Part shown: piece by piece, positions 58,040-64,000 of the stretch
Numbering within the stretch: position 1 is the stretch's first letter
How the letters are laid out: each line of letters begins with the position of its first letter
DNA from: Promethearchaeati archaeon
GTDB lineage: Archaea > Asgardarchaeota > Heimdallarchaeia > Heimdallarchaeales > Heimdallarchaeaceae
Direction: 5' to 3'
Assembly: GCA_013166775.1 (NCBI GenBank)
Contig: JABLTJ010000014.1
Coordinates: 1-64,000 of the forward strand
DNA: 64,000 nucleotides
Made by a program: the position numbers and the translations under genes
Notes under the pieces: model-generated
What the model was told of the DNA's origin: nothing
The model's database searches: none
What the model saw: only the letters and a program-made list of their open reading frames with translations

Positions 58040-59206
58040 CTACATCTTTGTTTTCTTTCTTTTTTTTCTAATAACAACAAAACCAGCTAAAATAATAACA
58101 GCAGTTGTATAGTAAATAAAACTTGTATTTGTTTTATCAGTTTCTACTTCTAATACGGATGGATCTAAAACTGCCATTACTGCTTTTGTAGCGTTCAGAA
58201 GACCATAACCGAAGTAGATGTCTTTTCCCGGGTCACCTATGTCAGTAGCAGATTTTCGTAAAATGTTTCTAATTTCACTTACTGACAAAGAATTATTGAG
58301 TGATTTCATTAAAGCAACAACAGCTGCGACTTGAGGACAAGCATAAGATGTTCCCCAACCCCAACCATATGTATTGTCAAGTGTAGTGCTATCAAGTCTA
58401 TTACCAACAGGAGCGACAATTTCGGTCCAAGGAAGCCCGTAATTACTATATGATGCTTTCAGATTATTAGCAGTTGAAGCTCCTACAGCAATCACTTCAT
58501 CATAACCACCTGGGTAGGTTCGAAATTCTAGGCCACCATCATCTGTATTGCCAGTTATAGCAACAACCACAACATTATTTTCAACAGCATAAAGAATGTC
58601 ATCATGATATATATCATCAGGAGACATGTTGTGAATACTTATGCTTAGCACATCAGCTCCATTGTCAACTGCATATCTAATTGCATCACCAAAACCTAGG
58701 TATGAGACTCCAAGATAGTTATCCGAAGATAAAACTCGAACATCCATTATGGAAACATTCTGTGCTATACCAACTGGACCTTTACCGTTCAAAGGTGCTG
58801 CTATTAATCCTGTGATAAAAGTTCCATGACGATTAATGAGATCACCTGTTTCTGGTCCAGGATTGTTATCATCGTTAACAAAATCCCAACCTCTTATATC
58901 ATCAACATAACCATTTCCATCATCATCTATGGAATTGTTACTTATCTCGTTTTCATTAATCCATGCAACATTTTGCAATTCAGAATGAAAAAAGTCTATT
59001 CCTGAATCTATTACAGCTACTGTTATATCTTTTGTACCATTTGTGATAGCCCAAGCTCCTTGACTTCCTATCAGATTATGATGATATGAATTTTCGAAAT
59101 TTTGAGCTAAACCCAATTCCAATATTGTATTGTTTGAATTGAATAAGCTTAAGGAAAATAATAACAGCATATTCGATGCTATAAAAACGATTTTTCTTCT
59201 TTTCAT
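58040..59206 (-). CDS. Subtilisin-like S8 serine protease with C-terminal anchor, paralogue 1
   Basis: VAVIDSG, DDDGNGYVDDIRGWDF, HGT, GTSYACPQV. Confidence 0.93.
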   Translation of the reverse strand: MKRRKIVFIASNMLLLFSLSLFNSNNTILELGLAQNFENSYHHNLIGSQGAWAITNGTKDITVAVIDSGIDFFHSELQNVAWINENEISNNSIDDDGNGYVDDIRGWDFVNDDNNPGPETGDLINRHGTFITGLIAAPLNGKGPVGIAQNVSIMDVRVLSSDNYLGVSYLGFGDAIRYAVDNGADVLSISIHNMSPDDIYHDDILYAVENNVVVVAITGNTDDGGLEFRTYPGGYDEVIAVGASTANNLKASYSNYGLPWTEIVAPVGNRLDSTTLDNTYGWGWGTSYACPQVAAVVALMKSLNNSLSVSEIRNILRKSATDIGDPGKDIYFGYGLLNATKAVMAVLDPSVLEVETDKTNTSFIYYTTAVIILAGFVVIRKKRKKTKM

Positions 59207-59293
59207 AACAAAAACTAGATTAAGATATTCAAAAACATTACTAATTTCCTAAAATAAAGTGATGATAGTGGAAAATTAGAGGAGGAAAATATA

Positions 59294-60484
59294 TTATTTT
59301 CTACGTTTAAGAAGAATTACTGTTGATGCAATAATTATCAAAGAAACAAATAATGACTTATACTCTAAATCTGTTCCGTTAGTTGATGAATCTGTTGGTT
59401 CTTCTGTTTGCTGAAGTAACATTGCTTCAAGAGCTGCAGAAGCATTAAGAAGTCCATAACCAAAGTAAATATCTTTACCAGGATCACCTAAATCCGTTGC
59501 TGTATTCTGAAGTATTGTTTTCATTTCACTTATTGGCATTGAGTTATTATAAGACTTCATTAAAGCAATTACAGCAGCAACTTGAGGGCAGGCAAAAGAA
59601 GTACCATACCCCCAGCCGTAAAATGAATTATAGGTATAAAAGGGAACTGTACTATAGAGATGAGTTATATCATCTTCACTCCCAACAGGAGCAACAATTT
59701 CAGTCCACTCGCCAAAATTACTATAGTCTGCCAAACCACCTGAGGAATTTGTAGCACCAACTGTAATTACTTCTTCATAACCACCAGGATAGGATTTGTA
59801 TTCCTGACCTCCATCAGGTAAGTAGGTGTTTCCAGTTATTGAGACAACTGCTACATTCTGTGAAACTGCATAGAGAATATCATCATAATAAGTGTCGTTT
59901 GCTGGGTAATAATTGAGACTCAAGTTAATAACATCAGCACCATTGTCAACAGCATAACGAATGGCATTCCCTAAACCTTCGTAGCTAGTTCCTCTAAGGT
60001 TTGAAACATCTAATACCCGAACATCCATAATTGTAACATTAGGAGCTACTCCTACGGGACCTATCGAATTTAGAGGTGCAGCAATGATTCCTGCAATAAA
60101 TGTTGCATGCCAATGAACTTCATCTCCTCCCTCAGGACCTGGATTACTGTCATTAAATACGAAATCCCAACCATTGATGTCATCAACATAGCCATTTCCG
60201 TCATCGTCTATGGCATTATCTGAAATCTCATCTTCATTTTCCCACGCAGTATTTTGCAATTCAGAGTGAGAGAAATCTATACCTGAATCAAGGACTGCAA
60301 CAGTGATATCCTTTGATCCATTAGTTATAGCCCAAGCACCCTTGCTGTGAATTAAGCGGTGATGAAAAGAACTCTCATAATGAGCAAAAACTGTATCTAC
60401 TGAATGATTTGAAGGATCAATTTGACTAAAGATAAGAAAAGATAAAAATAACACTAATATGAATACAGTTTTTCTTTTATGCAT
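59294..60484 (-). CDS. Subtilisin-like S8 serine protease with C-terminal anchor, paralogue 2
   Basis: VAVLDSG, HAT, GTSFACPQV; tandem duplicate of 58040-59206. Confidence 0.93.
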   Translation of the reverse strand: MHKRKTVFILVLFLSFLIFSQIDPSNHSVDTVFAHYESSFHHRLIHSKGAWAITNGSKDITVAVLDSGIDFSHSELQNTAWENEDEISDNAIDDDGNGYVDDINGWDFVFNDSNPGPEGGDEVHWHATFIAGIIAAPLNSIGPVGVAPNVTIMDVRVLDVSNLRGTSYEGLGNAIRYAVDNGADVINLSLNYYPANDTYYDDILYAVSQNVAVVSITGNTYLPDGGQEYKSYPGGYEEVITVGATNSSGGLADYSNFGEWTEIVAPVGSEDDITHLYSTVPFYTYNSFYGWGYGTSFACPQVAAVIALMKSYNNSMPISEMKTILQNTATDLGDPGKDIYFGYGLLNASAALEAMLLQQTEEPTDSSTNGTDLEYKSLFVSLIIIASTVILLKRRK

Positions 60485-60544
60485 AAGAGAGAATATTAGA
60501 GAAATTCATAAAGATTGCTGATTTACTAAAATATTGATGAAAAA

Positions 60545-60970
60545 TCAGATAAACGAACTTATTTTACAACTACCACATTTTGGACAAAAGGAATATTTTT
60601 TGGTGAAACTTTTTCCACAACTTAAACAATAAGAAACAGAATATTCATCAATTTTAATTGATTCTTTAGGTGAAGAAGAAGAGTTGTGGGTGAGGGTAGA
60701 GGGAGCGCTACTAGGATGTGAATTAGTGTTAAGCTTGCTATCCATAAAGTTGTTACGTCTAATGAAAAAAAGGATAATCTGACCCAAGATGATTATAATT
60801 GCAATAATAAGATAAAAAAGATAATTCCGAAGAGAAGAAAATCCTTTACTGAGATAATATGTGAAAATAACCCCTCCTATAAACAACGGAAGAGAAATAA
60901 TTAATACTTTGAATATTTCCAAATAGAGAGTACGTTTCTCTGAGGAGGATATTAGCATTAAACAGAACAT
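60545..60970 (-). CDS. 2-TM protein with C-terminal zinc ribbon
   Basis: Two TMs, CLSCG..FCPKCG. Start shortened because the longer ORF overlaps rubredoxin. Confidence 0.65.
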   Translation of the reverse strand: MFCLMLISSSEKRTLYLEIFKVLIISLPLFIGGVIFTYYLSKGFSSLRNYLFYLIIAIIIILGQIILFFIRRNNFMDSKLNTNSHPSSAPSTLTHNSSSSPKESIKIDEYSVSYCLSCGKSFTKKYSFCPKCGSCKISSFI

Positions 60971-61169
60971 GTAAGAAGCATTTATCTTTCTTTTGCTTAT
61001 TTCAAGGGCATTAGTTTTACTAAAGAAGCTCATTTTTGAAGAGAATTTCAAATGAAAACTGTGTTGCTTACATGTTAGAACTTGGTGATTAAAAATATCA
61101 GAAGAAAATGAAAAATAGATTTCAAAAATAAAAAGAGAATTATGAAATAATAAGAGAATAGTCTTAGGT

Positions 61170-61337
61170 TTAATCTTCGAATGGTTCAAAATCTGCTTTT
61201 TCAGCTCCACATTCAGGGCAAACCCAATCATCTGGGACATCTTCCCAAACTGTTCCTGGTTCAATTCCTGCATCTGGATCCCCTAAAGCTGGATCATATA
61301 CATAACCACACAAAGTGCATATCCATTTTCCGCTCAT
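61170..61337 (-). CDS. Rubredoxin (55 aa, absent from the ORF track)
   Basis: [55 protein letters not shown]. Confidence 0.97.
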   Translation of the reverse strand: MSGKWICTLCGYVYDPALGDPDAGIEPGTVWEDVPDDWVCPECGAEKADFEPFED

Positions 61338-61405
61338 TGTTTTTCCTCTATTGATTTTAGCTACCTTTTTTTAGTAGCTATTTATGTTTTCCCCCTCTTG
61401 CTAGT

Positions 61406-61744
61406 CTAAGTTAATCCAGATGCTAGAATTTCTCTCAGCTGTTGAATAGTCATATTCTCAAAATTCCAGCTAAAATCATCATCTTCCCTAAAAATATCAA
61501 ATAGATTTCTAATTCCAACTATATTTTCCTTTTTATCCATTAAAACCAATTGATAACTTGTCCAAAAACCACACGCTGAACAAAAATATTCAGGATGTTT
61601 GTTGATATCTTTTCTCACATTTAACAAGAAATCTGCTAAATTATCGATTGTTTGTATATCATACTTTTCCACTTCTTCTTTCCTTTGCTGATTTGTTTTT
61701 GGATCAATGTAATGATCATACTCAACAATCATCATTTGCCACAT
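61406..61744 (-). CDS. Hypothetical protein with a single CxxC
   Basis: YFCSACG; co-oriented, upstream of rubredoxin. Confidence 0.65.
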   Translation of the reverse strand: MWQMMIVEYDHYIDPKTNQQRKEEVEKYDIQTIDNLADFLLNVRKDINKHPEYFCSACGFWTSYQLVLMDKKENIVGIRNLFDIFREDDDFSWNFENMTIQQLREILASGLT

Positions 61745-61865
61745 AATTTCTTACCTTGTACTAGTTGTATGAAATTCCAAATCTACTTTGATTCCTTCTT
61801 ACACAATACTTATCCATAAAACAGTTTATAAAATCGGGAAATTTTCTCAATATTTTCTAGTAAGG

Positions 61866-64000
61866 TCATTCTTCCTTTGATTTATCTTTATGATTTTCCA
61901 AAACATCAAGCACATCCAGAACATCTTCAGAGCTCACTTCTATTTCTGGCATCTCTGTTTTCTTTTTAGCTTTCTTTTCTTCCTTATCTTTTCTAATCGT
62001 TACTGGCTCCAATTCCTTTACAAAATCAGGTTCAGGGATTGTTTCTATTTGCTCCTCTTCTTCTGTTTTCTTTTCTTTTTCTGTGATTACGATTTCTTTT
62101 ATTTCAACATCCGCAGACTCTTCTCCTTCATCTACCATTTTTGGAATTCCATCTCCTAGCTCATCAACTAACTCTGGTTCTGGAATTTCCTCTAGGTCAG
62201 TTTCCTTTGCAGTTTTTTTAATTTCTTCTTCTAGTTCTTCTTCAGGTTCTACTTCTAGTTCCTCTTCAGGTTCTACTTCTAGTTCCTCTTCAGGTTCTAC
62301 TTCTAGTTCCTCTTCAGGTTCTACTTCTAGTTCCTCTTCAGATTCCTCTTCAGGTTTCTTTTCTTCCTCTTCTTCAGGTTCCTTTTCTTCTACTTTAGGT
62401 TCTTCATCTTCAGTTTCAGGTTCTTCTTCGGGTTTTTCGTCCTTCTCTAGGGCTTCTTCAAGTTCTTCTAATTCTTCTTCAATTTCCTCTAATTCTTCAA
62501 CCACATCTTCAACTAAATCTTCAAGTTTTCTAGACTGTATTTTTTCTTCAAGAAGTTCCTCTTCTTGATCTTCTAAAGCTTCTTTTAGTTCATCAAGCTC
62601 CTCAGAAAAATCTTCAACTAAATCTACAAGTTTAGATGCTTTGGGTATCTTTGGAATTTCTGAGATTTCTGAAGTTAACCTATCTGCTTCTTTCTCCTCT
62701 TCTACTGTTTCTTTCTGTTCTTCTTTTTCCTCATCAGTTCCTTCCTCAATAGCTATTAATTCTGCTTCAACATCATCTAATATCCTATCCAAATCTTCTG
62801 GTTTTTCAGGTTCTCCCATAACTGTCTTTACAGGTAATTCAATGATTTTGGATAGATCGTCTTCTAGTAGAAAATCAGAATCAACTGTTATTTCATCTAT
62901 ATCTATAATTTTACTTGGTTCTGGAATAGGTTCTGCAATACCTGCTCGAAAAGTGATATCTTCAAAATATCTTGTTGTGATTTCAGTTAATATTTTATTT
63001 GTTATCTCATCTGTTTTTAGAGGCATCATTTGAGGGAGCTTAAGTTTCAATTCTGCCACATATTTCTCAAATTGCATTTTCATACTGAAAGTCACTTTTT
63101 CAGCAATTGCAACGACAATATGGTCGTTAATTGCTTCAATCAATAATTCAGTACCCTCCTCTTTTACTTCATCAACTATCATAGCTTCTTCTAACACAGT
63201 TTTAGAGAAAAGATTGACAGCTGCGACTATAGAAGGTACTATAGAAGCTGCTTCTTCAACTTCATGTTCAGTAATAAATCTATATTTAATTAGAGCTGTT
63301 TCAGCTTCTACAATTGCAATTCCTTGTAATCTTGTTTCTACTTGTTTAGGTGATTTAATAAATTTGAAACTTTCATATCTCTCCAAAACACCAGCCATTT
63401 TTTCTATATCTTCGAATCCTTTTTCTTCTAATTCTTTTAATTCATCATACTCTGTTTTCTTTTCTTTCTCTACTGCTTTGAGCAGATTGTTAGCTTCTTT
63501 CTGCATATGTTTATAATTGAATTTACTTGCTAAATTATAAGCTTTCAATATATCTTCTATCGCTCTTTCTCTCTTTCCTCCTTGAGCTAGAATCATTCCT
63601 CTTAGCAAGTGCATATCGCACATTAATCGAGGAATAAACTGTTCTTGAGAGATAAAACTTAAGTTATCTAAATATCGCAAAATAGAGGAGTAATCTGCTA
63701 ATTCCTTGGTTTCATTAAAACGTTGCATGAAGATATTCACTAGTTGAAACTGTGTTTTGATTACTAACTCAATATTTCTAAATTCAGTAGCAGTTTTGTA
63801 AGCTTCTTCGAAATAATCTATTGCTGAATCAATATCACCCTTGCGTTTAGAAAGTAATCCCTTAAAGTAATTTATATTTGGTATTTTTCTAGTTTCACCT
63901 GTCTCTTCTAATCTTTTTTCGCTAGTTTTGATAAGTGAATCGGCTTCATCAAGCTCACCTCTTTCAATTGAGATCCAAGCTGATAATAGATAAGGTTCTA
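61866..64000 (-). CDS. Large TPR + longin-like domain protein with long acidic low-complexity tail (start lies beyond the window)
   Basis: Frame is open from 63740 to the window end (KGDIDSAIDYFEEAY TPR). LQGIAIV..SIVAAVNLFSKTV..VDEVK..LLIE..IVVAIA longin-like pattern. ~350-aa E-rich tail. Confidence 0.8.
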   Translation of the reverse strand, partial: EPYLLSAWISIERGELDEADSLIKTSEKRLEETGETRKIPNINYFKGLLSKRKGDIDSAIDYFEEAYKTATEFRNIELVIKTQFQLVNIFMQRFNETKELADYSSILRYLDNLSFISQEQFIPRLMCDMHLLRGMILAQGGKRERAIEDILKAYNLASKFNYKHMQKEANNLLKAVEKEKKTEYDELKELEEKGFEDIEKMAGVLERYESFKFIKSPKQVETRLQGIAIVEAETALIKYRFITEHEVEEAASIVPSIVAAVNLFSKTVLEEAMIVDEVKEEGTELLIEAINDHIVVAIAEKVTFSMKMQFEKYVAELKLKLPQMMPLKTDEITNKILTEITTRYFEDITFRAGIAEPIPEPSKIIDIDEITVDSDFLLEDDLSKIIELPVKTVMGEPEKPEDLDRILDDVEAELIAIEEGTDEEKEEQKETVEEEKEADRLTSEISEIPKIPKASKLVDLVEDFSEELDELKEALEDQEEELLEEKIQSRKLEDLVEDVVEELEEIEEELEELEEALEKDEKPEEEPETEDEEPKVEEKEPEEEEEKKPEEESEEELEVEPEEELEVEPEEELEVEPEEELEVEPEEELEEEIKKTAKETDLEEIPEPELVDELGDGIPKMVDEGEESADVEIKEIVITEKEKKTEEEEQIETIPEPDFVKELEPVTIRKDKEEKKAKKKTEMPEIEVSSEDVLDVLDVLENHKDKSKEE
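62230..62341 (-). repeat. 24-bp coding tandem repeat (~4.7 copies) encoding EEELEVEP
   Basis: tctagttcctcttcaggttctact units at 62230, 62254, 62278, 62302, partial 62326. Confidence 0.95.

Noticed and set aside
60971-61273. N-terminal extension of ORF 60545-61273
   Set aside because: Overlaps the clear rubredoxin gene in another frame and runs through T-rich intergenic DNA
62230-62341. 24-bp repeats as a CRISPR array
   Set aside because: No spacers, in-frame coding repeat, no cas genes
62083-63516. Ser-rich + strand ORFs (62083-62568, 62641-63033, 63214-63516)
   Set aside because: Antisense shadows of the Glu-rich gene
1-64000. Genome-wide stop-codon reassignment
   Set aside because: TAA, TAG and TGA all terminate well-conserved genes at expected positions (pfkA TAG, dppF TGA, rubredoxin TAA)

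Overview
AT-rich, gene-dense window that reads as an Asgard archaeal (most likely Heimdallarchaeia-like) chromosome segment. This assignment is inferred from TATA-type promoters, many secreted proteins with C-terminal TM+basic tails, TPR-wHTH and TPR-longin-like proteins, and a membrane RING-H2 protein. It encodes peptide/amino-acid scavenging (Opp/Dpp ABC system, SppA, M28, two S8 subtilases, two beta-lactamase-family hydrolases, beta-alanine/GABA-type aminotransferase + MMSDH + amidase), a CopA/CopZ copper cluster, an erythrin-VIT1 protein, group III PFK, LplA, a steroid 5-alpha-reductase-like protein and an orphan N4-C methyltransferase. The first ~710 bp are a GC-richer, bacterial-looking znuC fragment joined mid-gene to a native gene (chimera or recent acquisition). 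Most notable unexplained structure: (i) a dispersed, same-orientation ~28-bp intergenic repeat ending in CAAGGTTA (2.8-8.4 kb), one copy forming a nested hairpin (MITE or attC-like cassette site); (ii) a wHTH / tandem MFS / unannotated 46-aa peptide / hydrolase / Opp / TPR-wHTH cluster with a 17-bp-periodic operator array, a possible peptide-signalling circuit; (iii) three paralogous zinc-ribbon proteins with a shared N-terminal module and variable, often Cys-rich tails; (iv) a RING-H2 membrane gene interrupted by in-frame TGA (at a Cys position) and TAG. No rRNA, tRNA, CRISPR array, integrase or transposase was recognised. All calls are by eye; no searches were run.
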